From contig NC_068992.1 in NCBI RefSeq assembly GCF_001194135.2, positions 60,703,243 through 60,767,242 on the forward strand: a stretch of 64,000 bases of DNA, read 5' to 3'. Every line of letters begins with the position of its first letter. Positions within the stretch are counted from its first letter, which is position 1. The notes beneath the pieces were generated by a model that ran no database searches, had not been told where the DNA came from, and saw only the letters and a program-made list of their open reading frames with translations. Below are positions 1 through 11,862 of the stretch, one piece after another. The stretch comes from Octopus bimaculoides (taxonomy: Eukaryota). Both the position numbers and the translations under genes were made by a program.

Positions 1-52
1 AACCATTCGGACAAACTGTGCTTCCCCAGTGTAAAATATATAACATAGTATT

Positions 53-151
53 GCTTAACATAATATTAAACAATAATACGTTATTGTTTACCTATGAATT
101 CTTATTATAGCTTAACATAATGTTAAGCAATAATAATATGTTATTGCTTAC
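53..151. repeat. Two tandem ~40-bp units, each built from short hairpins
   Basis: Units 53-91 and 110-151 are near copies; perfect stems at 67-76/81-90, 110-117/121-128 and 124-133/141-150. Confidence 0.75.
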
Positions 152-501
152 ATGTAATCAAAAACAAAGTCGTGACCATGAGTATTATTTTAGATGTTTT
201 GTATTATCCAGTGTCTCCATACAGTCTATAAGATGATAGAATGTGACTGAGATGGGGATTTGTCAACGATAACTAAGAGCTGAGTAACAACAATAAAAAT
301 GCAGAACCAGTTTTGTTCCAGCGCAAAACTACAAATGCATAAATACATGTGTTAGCATATATGTGCTATGAAAATTAATGAATTCTTACTTTTATGAGGT
401 TATAAGTATGTGTCACATATATAACTACTGTTTTAGAATGGTGTCTTAAATGGCTGTTTTAAGTCCCCTTTTCTCTCATTTTTTTTTCTTTCTACTCTTA
501 G

Positions 502-555
502 AATAGCGACAGAAGACGTTTTCACATCAGAATGCAAGAGGAATTTTATCCCTTG
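502..555 (+). other. Candidate 54-nt internal exon of an unidentified transcript
   Basis: Long pyrimidine tract ending ttag, donor TTG|gtaatg, two open frames (NSDRRRFHIRMQEEFYPL or IATEDVFTSECKRNFIP). No homology recognised. Confidence 0.25.
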
Positions 556-693
556 GTAATGGGTTTCTCTCACTTGCTGTTTAGGGAGATCTTTGAAATT
601 CACTTGTACAGCAACGTCGAGAGGCGCCAGTTTACATTTTCATGCATATCGTTACCGGAAATCGATTTTATTTCTTTGTTATACTGTATATAT

Positions 694-1615
694 NNNNNNN
701 NNNNNNNNNNNNNNNNNNNNNNNNNNNNNNNNNNNNNNNNNNNNNNNNNNNNNNNNNNNNNNNNNNNNNNNNNNNNNNNNNNNNNNNNNNNNNNNNNNNN
801 NNNNNNNNNNNNNNNNNNNNNNNNNNNNNNNNNNNNNNNNNNNNNNNNNNNNNNNNNNNNNNNNNNNNNNNNNNNNNNNNNNNNNNNNNNNNNNNNNNNN
901 NNNNNNNNNNNNNNNNNNNNNNNNNNNNNNNNNNNNNNNNNNNNNNNNNNNNNNNNNNNNNNNNNNNNNNNNNNNNNNNNNNNNNNNNNNNNNNNNNNNN
1001 NNNNNNNNNNNNNNNNNNNNNNNNNNNNNNNNNNNNNNNNNNNNNNNNNNNNNNNNNNNNNNNNNNNNNNNNNNNNNNNNNNNNNNNNNNNNNNNNNNNN
1101 NNNNNNNNNNNNNNNNNNNNNNNNNNNNNNNNNNNNNNNNNNNNNNNNNNNNNNNNNNNNNNNNNNNNNNNNNNNNNNNNNNNNNNNNNNNNNNNNNNNN
1201 NNNNNNNNNNNNNNNNNNNNNNNNNNNNNNNNNNNNNNNNNNNNNNNNNNNNNNNNNNNNNNNNNNNNNNNNNNNNNNNNNNNNNNNNNNNNNNNNNNNN
1301 NNNNNNNNNNNNNNNNNNNNNNNNNNNNNNNNNNNNNNNNNNNNNNNNNNNNNNNNNNNNNNNNNNNNNNNNNNNNNNNNNNNNNNNNNNNNNNNNNNNN
1401 NNNNNNNNNNNNNNNNNNNNNNNNNNNNNNNNNNNNNNNNNNNNNNNNNNNNNNNNNNNNNNNNNNNNNNNNNNNNNNNNNNNNNNNNNNNNNNNNNNNN
1501 NNNNNNNNNNNNNNNNNNNNNNNNNNNNNNNNNNNNNNNNNNNNNNNNNNNNNNNNNNNNNNNNNNNNNNNNNNNNNNNNNNNNNNNNNNNNNNNNNNNN
1601 NNNNNNNNNNNNNNN
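694..1615. other. Assembly gap (largest of ~13 N-runs; others start near 2408, 3659, 6101, 19075, 23216, 26117, 27496, 34724, 37021, 39003, 50528, 56521)
   Basis: N-runs flanked by dinucleotide or trinucleotide repeats. Confidence 0.98.
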
Positions 1616-1658
<43 letters not shown>

Positions 1659-1661
<3 letters not shown>

Positions 1662-1908
1662 GGGGATTGAACAAAATAATAGAAACACTTAGCTTCATAT
1701 TATCATAATTTTGGAATATCTATAAAACCGTCAAAACCTTGTTTATTTTTATGTTTTTGGTTTTGTTATTAGTGTAGTTTAACATGTTTTGCTGAAATCA
1801 CTGTTTCTTTTCAGATATCAACAGAAAAAGGTAATTAAAATGACATCTACCGGAGTTTCAAAGAGGTCAAATTGTTGGTGCTCGTATGGTAGGCGCTAGC
1901 GTAACGAA
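1659..1908 (+). mobile_element. Tc1-like DNA transposon left end: TIR and transposase N-terminus, truncated
   Basis: Starts TA-CGGGGATTGAACAAAATAATAGAAACAC inside a (TA)n run; ~1842-1908 translates HLPEFQRGQIVGARMVGASVTN, typical of the Tc1 transposase N-terminal HTH region. Confidence 0.75.
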
Positions 1909-2348
1909 CATTCATTACTTCTGTCTTTATTCGGACTGTCTTTGCACAGGGGCCGTCCAGACTCCTGCCTTCGCCGTGAACGGGGATTAATCTCCTCTCT
2001 TCGCTTCCTTTGCAGCACCTCACGTCCTCTCTTTTATCTGACACCTACCTCACCTTGTCTCTTCATTGATACTCTCGCTCACCACTCTACACACACTACC
2101 ACTGACCACTTCCCAGCATCCACACCACTCATCATCATCCACACACCCAAACAAAGTCTTCAAGAGCATGACGACATATACTACTTTATGAGCAGTCACA
2201 TACACTGTTTAACTCATTACACGCACCACACACCATTATGCACACCCCCACGCCCACACAAGCACATAATACTTGAACACAGGCCATATATACATACACA
2301 CGCAACATGTATTAAAACACACAACATACTTTGACACAGATAACTTTC

Positions 2349-2407
<59 letters not shown>

Positions 2408-2865
2408 NNNNNNNNNNNNNNNNNNNNNNNNNNNNNNNNNNNNNNNNNNNNNNNNNNNNNNNNATATAATATATATCCTGCACATGCACACTGTTTGGTC
2501 ACAGACACACACACATGCACACGCCACCTGAAAAAGCACACCTCAACAGATACGCAGAACATACACACGTTACAGACGCATACCAACACATGCACAGACT
2601 CACACACGTCAGAGTCACTAGCCCCTATTCACACACACACACACAAACTTACACATTCCCACACACCATTCTCACATACACACACACGTACCTTCTCTTG
2701 GATCACCAACACTTTATTACCTCCCTTTCTTTCAACCTTTTTTTTCTTTTTATTATCATCTCCCTTTCAAACTGTTTTTCAGATCATTCGCCATGCTGGA
2801 CCGCTGAAATCTATATGTGTTTTTTTTTCCCCCTTTTCATTCTCTCTTTACTTATTATCTCTTTA

Positions 2866-2995
2866 AAAACCGTAGGCTTGAGACGTAAAAGACTTTTTCA
2901 TTTTCTCGAGCGTCAAACTAATACACTTGCTTGTTGTTCACAAACCTGTCTTCGTCTTTTCTTTTTCTTTAAATTTGAACTATATGTATATACAC
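2866..2995 (+). mobile_element. Family C repeat (Penelope-terminus-like relic), degenerate
   Basis: Homologous to 19650-19830 and, in reverse, to 21890-22100; retains cgtaggctt-gagac-gta-aaag. Confidence 0.55.
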
Positions 2996-3599
2996 ACAGG
3001 GCTGTTACAACATATGTAACTTACATAAATAGCAGGTTATTTCTATCGATAATGCCAGAAAAACTTGTCACATACTTTTAAATCCTCCATAAAATGCAGT
3101 TTACATAAATTATATACTATAAGCTCATGCAGTAGTCAAATCCTCATTCCCTTTGATTTCTATGCCAGCTTAGAATAAACAAGTCATTTATTATAGCAGT
3201 GTGTTGGATACATATTTAAATAGTTTCCTTTAATGTCTTCGTGATTTTGCTATCACTCCAGGAAATTCCTGAGCAGTAGTAAGCTTTTAAATCAATTGTT
3301 GGCTTGGAATCATCGTGAATATTGTGTTTCCATAGTGATTAAAGTGCTACAATATTTTAGTAGAGAAGCATACAAGAAATAACAGCAAGCCGTCATTAAT
3401 CTGTTGATAGCAACAGTTGCTATGATTAAAATTTAGGCTGATTAGCATTGCTAAACTTTAGTGGCTTGGCTTCAGAATTATAATGACAACAATAATATAA
3501 TCCTGCACCTTGCTGCTAGTAACGTTTTCGAGAAGACTAACTGGCGCACATTTCTGCAGGAGTACACGCACAAACACACACACAAACAAACACGCGAGC

Positions 3600-3658
<59 letters not shown>

Positions 3659-5056
3659 NNNNNNNNNNNNNNNNNNNNNNNNNNNNNNNNNNNNNNNNNN
3701 NNNNNNNNNNNNNNNNNNNNNNNNNNNNNNNNNNNNNNNNNNNNNNNNNNNNNNNNNNNNNNNNNNNNNNNNNNNNNNNNNNNNNNNNNNNNNNNNNNNN
3801 NNNNNNNNNNNNNNNNNNNNNNNNNNNNNNNNNNNNNNNNNNNNNNNNNNNNNNNNNNNNNNNNNNNNNNNNNNNNNNNNNNNNNNNNNNNNNNNNNNNN
3901 NNNNNNNNNNNNNNNNNNNTATATATATATATATATATATATATATAGGTATATATGTGTATATTTATATGTATGTGTGTATATATATATATGGTCATAT
4001 ATGTATATATATATGTGTGCGTGTGTGTTTATATATATATGTTTGTGTGTGCATATATATGTGTGTGTATATATGTCTATACATAAATACATATACATTT
4101 ATATATATACACATATATTATATATATATATATATATATGTATAGTATGTATATATACAAAAGAATATGTATATAAATGCTTGCTAGTCATGCATGAACC
4201 ATATACAGAGAACTTAATTTATTTAAACGAGGCTCCCATCCACTAAGGTTCCTTGCACCTTATCTATCTCCTCATCTCATTATAAACTCTTCTCGCATTA
4301 TGCAGCAATGAAGGCCGTAATGGCCCCCTTAGAATCTATTCTGCATCACATATATTAGGGAAATGTCATCTACATAAATAGGATCAATGCTATGTTAACT
4401 GTGGCCTACCCAGTTTTTACTAACTACATTTACTAACTACTGCATGGATGAACTAGAAATTAGAGAAATATAGATCACGAACAACTGGCTGTTACGTTGA
4501 GGAACTGTGCATAATTGTTAAATGCATTAAACATTTAAATATATTAAGAGCTTTGGAAATCACGCAATGCTAAAATAGAATTACTAAAGTGGCGCATGAA
4601 GTAAAATGAAATTGTAGGATATTAATATCTAACTTGAGAATAGGAAATACACATTAGAGCGCAATATGAATCTCCCTCTATCGATAGGTATGTGAATGTC
4701 GATAGTATATATCTCAATGAATAAGACTTCTGTAATTAAATCTCTATTTACAAGCAAATATTTAATATCCGCGAGCATTGCACTTCACTTGGATGTATTA
4801 AACAAAATTTAATGAATAGTGAATATACTAACAATCTTATAAACCGCACCATATACGATGCTAAGCTGAGAAAAATATTATCATTAATGGAAGGAGTGTC
4901 TAACTTGTTGCTGAAAGACGCAAGAACCAAGTTGCTCACAATTTTTTCTTCCCTTGTTTTGAGTGTTTGAGTGTATTCCATTTAATCTGAAGTCTAATCA
5001 TAGCCCTATTCAATAGGAGTAGAAAAAAAATAGAGGTAGATCTAAACAATAATACA

Positions 5057-5340
5057 GCTTGACGACGATGACGCAGACGATGACGATGGTGATGATGATG
5101 ACAACTACGACGACAAGGATGATAATAATCATCATCGTCATCATCATCATCATGACGTAAACGACCTTAACGATGATGATAACGAGGATGATGATGACGG
5201 CAACGAAAGTGATCATGAAGATGATGATGATGATCATGACGACAAAGTTGATGATAATGATGACGATGACGGTGATAGTGATGATGGCGATGATGGCGGT
5301 GATGGTGGTGGTGGTAGTGATCGTGATGATGAGGATGATC
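5057..5340. repeat. Cryptic (GAT/GAC/GGT)n trinucleotide tract
   Basis: Visible in the sequence; source of the low-complexity ORFs here. Confidence 0.9.
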
Positions 5341-6038
5341 CAGGTCAAACCTAAACCAGGATACTTTTGATGCAATAGACCTTTCAATCGTATTTTTTTT
5401 TCAACAGATACAGCGAAGCTAAAGACACAAACCATTCAAGAAAATTACTCAGGGACGCCATTAGCAGTTAAGCAGTACCAAACGCTTAATACATGGCACA
5501 TAAGAAATCCTGTTAGAAACATTAATGTTGTGAAGATAGAAAACATTAGCTCAACGACTAATATTGTTTTAACCGTTGTATTTAAGTCGACCTTCTCCTG
5601 TGTGTAGATATTTTTATCTTTATTACGATGGCATGGATAATTGCTTATTTCCAATTTTTCAGCATCAGAACTAACAACAATAGCTGTAAATATGTTGATT
5701 AAAAAAACACACCAGGAGTTAGGCAGATAACATCGTTGTCTGCTCGAACTCGTGAGTCTGACAACTTCGAATGTTTCTGCTTCCTTAATCTTCGTCAGTG
5801 GTACTTGGTTATTATTTCTAAGATAGAAATACAATATAGAAACTTATTCGATGGTTCATTGAACACGTATGCGTTCACATTACTACGTATGCCGTTTTAG
5901 TGACTTAGACGTTCTAAGAGTTCCATAGTTATTTTTTGTGATATTATTTTCATAAAATCTAAGCGTTTCATTTAAAATTGAGTTCCCCGTCCCCGCTGTT
6001 CATTGATTATTTGGATTCGCATTTATAACTTATATCTA

Positions 6039-6100
<62 letters not shown>

Positions 6101-6275
6101 NNNNNNNNNNNNNNNNNNNNNNNNNNNNNNNNNNNNNNNNNNNNNNNNNNNNNNNNNNNNNNNNNNNNNNNNNNNNNNNNNNNNNNNNNNNNNNNNNNNN
6201 NNNNNNNNNNNNNNNNNNNNNNNNNNNNNNNNNNNNNNNNNNNNNNNNNNNNNNNNNNNNNNNNNNNNNNNNNNN

Positions 6276-6312
<37 letters not shown>

Positions 6313-7244
6313 ATATGTATATACATATATGTATGTATGTACATTTGATTTTCTTACTGCTGTTATGTTATTGATCATATATGATGTTAGTATGTGTTGG
6401 AGGGATTTTAATCTTTTTTTTCCTGTTCTTGTTGTTATTGTTGTTGATGGTGCTGCTGATTGTTGTACTTGTTGTTGTTCTTAATACTGTTCATTTTTTT
6501 TTAAACAGTCATGCTGAAAGACATTACAAAGGATAGAAGCTATTCTTTGCTGTTTGATGCGGTAGTCAATATATTCTGCAATCACATTATCTGGGCTAGT
6601 GTTTCAATGAGATTAGATGCTAATGTACTGTGTCTGTCTGCGGCAACGTTGTATATCACTCACTGATAACCTGTCCTGATCATACCAAACCGTCCTTAAT
6701 GTGCTGTAATTATAGCAAGGACATCATTGCTTATTCGTGTTCACTGGCCAATATCCAGCCTAAATATGCTGCAATTATCGCGAGCGCATTGATATTAATG
6801 CATTTATAGGCATGGACACATTCCAACTGATATAATGAGATAATTTTGGCAAAGCAGGATAATATAGTTAATATTTATTCAAAAGAAGAACGGTCGGTGG
6901 CAGAACTTGGTAGAGCGCTAGTAAAACTGTCACTGAAGGTAGCTCTACTGCAGTATGTTACGAATATCAGTCCTTCCATAATTAGTTCAACTTGTCATCT
7001 TGCTGGGCTCAGTAACATAAAATACCTGTTAAACATTAGGCTCAATTTAATTTATCATGCTTTTCACTGAAATTTGTTGCTTATCCCTTGTTAGCCTTTA
7101 GCATTTACTAAGGAGATGGATAGGGATGTGCGGATTGGATTTCGGGTTTAACCAAGAGATACACAAGTTCGTTTAAATTCGTGTTTTTATATATTTTTCT
7201 GTTTGACTCCTATCGTAAAATATCACCATCTAACTACATCGCTT

Positions 7245-7385
7245 ATCTGTTACTTCTTTCAGCCATTGAAGTGCAGCCATGTTTCTTTCAGAATCAAAAC
7301 CTAAAGCTTTGGTCGGCTCGGGGCTATAGGAGAAGACACCCAAAGTGCTATGTAGTAGGACTGAACTCAGTGCCAGGTCGTTAGG
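7245..7385 (-). mobile_element. SINE-like family A, internally deleted copy
   Basis: Reverse complement matches the family A head (gtcttctcctatagccccgagccgaccaaagc) joined to the tail end. Confidence 0.65.
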
Positions 7386-7430
7386 AAGGAAGTAGCAGTA
7401 GTGTTGATGGTAGTAATAGTAATAGTAGTG

Positions 7431-7442
7431 TTGATGGTGGTT

Positions 7443-7505
<63 letters not shown>

Positions 7506-7520
7506 ATAGTGGTGGTGGCA
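7431..7520. repeat. (TAG)n microsatellite with (GGT) flanks
   Basis: Visible in the sequence. Confidence 0.95.
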
Positions 7521-9539
7521 GTATTTTATCAGTCAAATGTCTAAGTTGTTAGAGCAAATCTAAGATGAAAGACATTCCAAACGTGACAAACCCCATCTAC
7601 ATCATTTTAGACCATATGGCATAATATGATATTTTATTAGACGTACGGTAAGATATGACTTGATGCAAATTTAGCTATTATTCATGTCAAGTGAAGAGAC
7701 CACGTATATCGTGTAATAGTTGTTCAGTATATTTTTGTAGTATAGTCCTGATCAAGACTTAACGAATAGACGACCGACAATCAAAGGTATTCTTGAAATT
7801 ACTGGAGGTATGTCTGAGGGGACATTAAGCCAATGTGTTATTTCTTAGATTTATGATATTAGGATATGATTTTAGAAAGATGTGGTTATTGTTTCTAGCA
7901 GGGGTAACTTCCAATGGAAAGTATTTCGTAAGCATTATGTATGAAGTGGATATTGTTTGGCCCTGATCGCACACTTCTATGTTCAAAGATACCCTAAGCA
8001 TTCGCATCCGATCTGTTGTGAGTATATATCAGGACGCGTTACCCAATGCATATTTTTCCTTACTAATTGGAACCACTCACTCGTGAGTAATGTGAAATTT
8101 CAGAAATACGACAGAGATCTGACGGAGATGAGAAAACTATACGTCAGCAACGTTATATTTCCGGCGTATTCCACAAGTTCATGATATATATCTATTCGGT
8201 ACACATCTATTTTTAATAGCGTAAGGGTTCTTGAGGGCTATTTATGGTCATAGTTATATTTTCTGCATCTGTAGATCTAGATCTATATTAGATTTAATTC
8301 TAATATCAACGGACCCATCCGAATCACAAGACTTTTTAATACGGATCTAGGTTTGTACCAAGAGCAATTTCATATTTTTGCGTATGCTCTTGGTAAGAGT
8401 ACTGATTTTCTTTTCTTTCTTTTTTCATATAATTGTGTTGTTACTTTCCAATAATTTATACATCAAAAATATTAAAAGAATTTAGTTTGTGACGATTTAC
8501 TAAACTATGTGAAAATGTGTTTATTGAAATCTATTACGAATAAGCCACTTAGATTTTTTTTGCGCTGCAAGACCTTCTAACAAAGCTATGAAATCTACTC
8601 GGTTGTGACATCTTATTACAAAATATCCAAAAGAGAAGGATAAGCACCTTGAAGTTTTTTGCAAGAACTCTTAGAGATTTTTGAAATCCTTTAGCGTTAT
8701 ACAAGAAACAAAAGCCAAAGAACAAAAATTCATTAACTGTAGTTTATCGTATATCATAATTTACTGCAAGTTGTGGTAAAAGTCATAATTTGGATAATAC
8801 TTTCTATCAAAGAATTTATCATAATTGTTATGCACAAAGATCCAAATGTTATAAAAGCATTAATCCTTCGAAATAACATAGTAAAGTGACACATTGATGA
8901 AATATTGGTTGGAAATAAGCTTACGGTTTTCTTCATATCTCACCGATTTCTGCGTAGGTTGATGAGATATTCATTGTAGATAATAATACTCTATTAATAA
9001 CACATGTTCAGTGTTTTAATGAAAACAGTTCTTTGAAAGAAGAAATGATATTCGCTTTAACTCTTATAAACAGGTACGAAAGGATTATTATTTTCTGCTG
9101 TGAAATCATATTTTGCAAAACATGATATACTCTTGAACAATACTGTTGTTAGATAGAGTGGCATCAATAGTTCATACGCTAATGAAGCAGCGTCAGTAAT
9201 GCATGTGTTAATGAAACGCTATTAATGACAAGTCGGTATCAAAGTTTTTGTCGTGTATTTATAGTAAGAACTCCCCAGTGTTTCATGCTTTCTTTATCTT
9301 GTACGAAATCATCCAAGAAACATATTTTAGTAGAAGCCTTCATTCATTATCAAGTATAATAATTATGGCGATAAACAAAATCGAATCGAATGCTATAAAT
9401 GGGAGAGATGTTTCGACTGTGTGTCAGGATCATAATGAAGAATTTAATACAGTGCAACTACAAATATGTTTGCTGACTCTCAAAAGGTGCATCTTTGAAA
9501 CATTTTGTCAAATTACGAGCATACCGTAGTGTCATATAA

Positions 9540-9757
9540 TCGTTTCTGAAACAGGTACAAGGCAAGAAATTTGAAACAAGAGTTTAGCCGATTAAATATA
9601 ATGCAGTGCAAGTACGGTGCTTTATTTTATCTTTCAAGGAAGGCTGAAAAGCAAACTTGACCTCAGCGGATTTTGAGCTGAGGACGTAAAGACTCGGAAG
9701 AAATAACGTAAAATATTTCTATTAACACGCCAATCATTCTGCCAACCCAACGTCCTA
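9540..9757 (-). mobile_element. SINE-like family B, degenerate
   Basis: Reverse match to the copies at 44864 and 60787. Confidence 0.65.
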
Positions 9758-9790
9758 AATAGTAGTAGTAGATAAAGAGAATAGAAAGTG

Positions 9791-10190
9791 CTAGATAATT
9801 GACTTTACAGTCCCAAATGATGAAAAAATTAATATGCGTGGTATAGAAAAAATAGCAAAGTACCAGGACCTAGCCATTGAATTACAGAGAGTATGGAAAA
9901 CGCGGGTAAAATGTATTCCGGTAGATATAGGTGCATTAGGAACTATCCCTAAAAATCTGAACAGATGGATAGAGGAAACAGGCATAAAACCAGGTTTAGT
10001 ACAGCTCCAGAAAACAGTTTTGTTAGGGACAGCTAGGATACTTAATGGGGTTCTTGGCATCTAAGGTTACTTGCTGTAACCCTATAGGAGGGTTACGTTT
10101 AAGGCTACTTGTTATAGCTTGATCTTAGGATTCTTTTTTTTCCAACAGTCTATCTTTTGAGAGTATATGAAAATAACAATAATAATAATG
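9791..10190 (+). mobile_element. 5'-truncated RLE-type non-LTR retrotransposon (R4/Dong-like), 3' end, copy 1
   Basis: 9834-10064 encodes KIAKYQDLAIELQRVWK...IPVDIGALGTIP...LQKTVLLGTARIL, the C-terminus of a restriction-like endonuclease; followed by a 3' UTR and an (AAT)n tail. Confidence 0.85.
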
Positions 10191-11665
10191 ATGAAGGCAA
10201 TTCACCTCAATCCAGCTATAATTACCTGGGAATACTTGAGGCAGATGGAATCAAACACCACGATATGAAGGAAAAGACAAAAAGAGAGCACCGACGGCGA
10301 GTGAGAAGAATATTGGTTCCAAAGCTGAATGTTAGAAACATAATTTCAGCAATAAACTCGCGGTGCAGTCGCAGTAGTTCGGTATGGCGCTGGAATCCTG
10401 AAGTGGACAGAGGAGGAGCTAAAGGAGATGGACAGAAAGTCAAAAAGGTGCCTAACGATGCATGGAACCCACCATCCACGTGCAGAAACTGATCGTCTAT
10501 ACATGAAGAGAGGAAATGGAGGAAGGAGACAAATAAGTGTGGAAGACTGCGTGCTTATCGAACTCGAGATCTTAATGAGATACCTAGCCCAAAGAAAGGA
10601 AACCTTGCTAATAACAGTTAGGAACGAGGGGGTATTGAGAGCAGAGAAAAAAGGGACAACAAATGAAGAAATACGAAAAGGACATGAAGAAGTACGAAAA
10701 GGACATGAAGAAGTACGAAAAGGACATGAAGAAGTACGAAAAGGACATGAAGAAGTACGAAAAGGACATGAAGAAGTACGAAAAGGACATGAAGAAGAAT
10801 TACGCAACAAGTGACTACACAATCAATTCCATGTAGCCATAACAGGAGTTGCTGGAAAAATAGGTGGGATTGGCTGATGAAAGGAACCCTAAAAAAAGAG
10901 ACCGAGAACACTATGCTGGCAGCGCAAGACCAAACTTTGGCCACGAACTGGAGGGTCAACCTTAGGAATGAACAAGTGTTTCCGCTGTGCCGAATCTGCG
11001 ATACAATGGCTGAAACCACTGCCCATAATACGAACGAATACCTTATACTTGCCCAAAACCACAAGCTGTGGCGATCGACCAGGTAGCGAAAGTGCTGCAT
11101 TGGAAACTGTGCGAAAAGTGGGGGCTAGAGAGAAGCAAGACATCGTATGAGCACAAAGCGCAGAGAGTGGCGGAGTAGGAGACTAGCAAAATCCTCTGGG
11201 ATTTCCCAATCCGAACAGATCAGGTACTAGAACATAACAGACCGAATCTAGTGGTGGTGAACAAGGTGCACTACATATGCTATATAGTTGATGTTGCATG
11301 CTCCTTTGACCCACGAATATTCAAGAAGGAAGGCGAAAAGATAGATACATACAACCCTCTTAAGTATGAAATAGACCGGCTATGGAAAATGAAGCAGATG
11401 AAGACAGATGAACTACTGTTGGGTCCTTGGGGACAGTATCAGAAAGCATCAAGAGGAATATAAAGGAAATTGTAATAAAGGCCTAGTAGAACTGTTACAA
11501 AACTTTTGCCTCCATGGCATGGCCAGAATAATCGGAAAGTGTTAGACAGCTGAAAAAAGCGAATAACATGGTAGTGTATGCTGCAGGTAGTAAGGCCGCT
11601 ACGCAAACAAGACCCCAGGATCTCCAACAAAACCTGTGATAAAGAGAAATAATAATAATGATAAT
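10191..11665 (+). mobile_element. 5'-truncated, frameshifted RLE-type non-LTR retrotransposon (R4/Dong-like), copy 2
   Basis: Across frames: RT end and thumb (YNYLGILEADG...ISAIN), LYMKRGNGGR, LAAQDQTL, zinc-knuckle remnant (CRICD...TTAH), DQVAKVLHWKLC, ILWDFPIRTD...RPNLVVV...IVDVAC...EKIDTY; ends in (AAT)n. Confidence 0.9.
10672..10797 (+). repeat. 21-bp minisatellite, 6 copies (TACGAAAAGGACATGAAGAAG) inside the LINE
   Basis: Six identical in-frame units translating RKGHEE(V). Confidence 0.95.
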
Positions 11666-11699
11666 TTCTGATTTACTTATAAGGCAAGCAATTTTATAA

Positions 11700-11862
11700 C
11701 GAGTGTTAGTCGATTTGATAGCCACTAGTACTTCATTTTATTGATTCCGAGGAACGAAAGGCAATTATCACATCGGCAAGATCTAAACTAAGAGCTGGAA
11801 CAAATAACTAGCGCAAAGCATCATATTCTCCGCTCTAATGACGCTACCGATCCATCGCTCTT
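11700..11862 (-). mobile_element. SINE-like family B, degenerate
   Basis: Reverse match to the family B body (gtacttcattttattgattccgaggaacgaaaggc). Confidence 0.55.

Noticed and set aside
532-1708. Long ORFs spanning N-gaps here and at every other gap
   Set aside because: Poly-X with YI, CV or HT dipeptide runs; artefacts of gaps and microsatellites.
1815-1830. Apparent 16-nt micro-exon (ttttcag|...AAG|gtaatt)
   Set aside because: It lies inside the Tc1 left end just before the transposase start, so it is more simply transposon sequence.
1910-2830. Irregular CA/CT-rich sequence with His/Thr-rich ORFs; similar GA-rich block at 38560-38900
   Set aside because: It looks like noisy consensus or decayed microsatellite next to gaps; no motif recognised.
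8269-8306. tagatctagatcta palindrome and adjacent 8-bp hairpin
   Set aside because: Short, AT-rich and expected by chance.
10672-10797. CRISPR-like regular repeat
   Set aside because: No spacers, eukaryotic context and no cas genes; it is a minisatellite.
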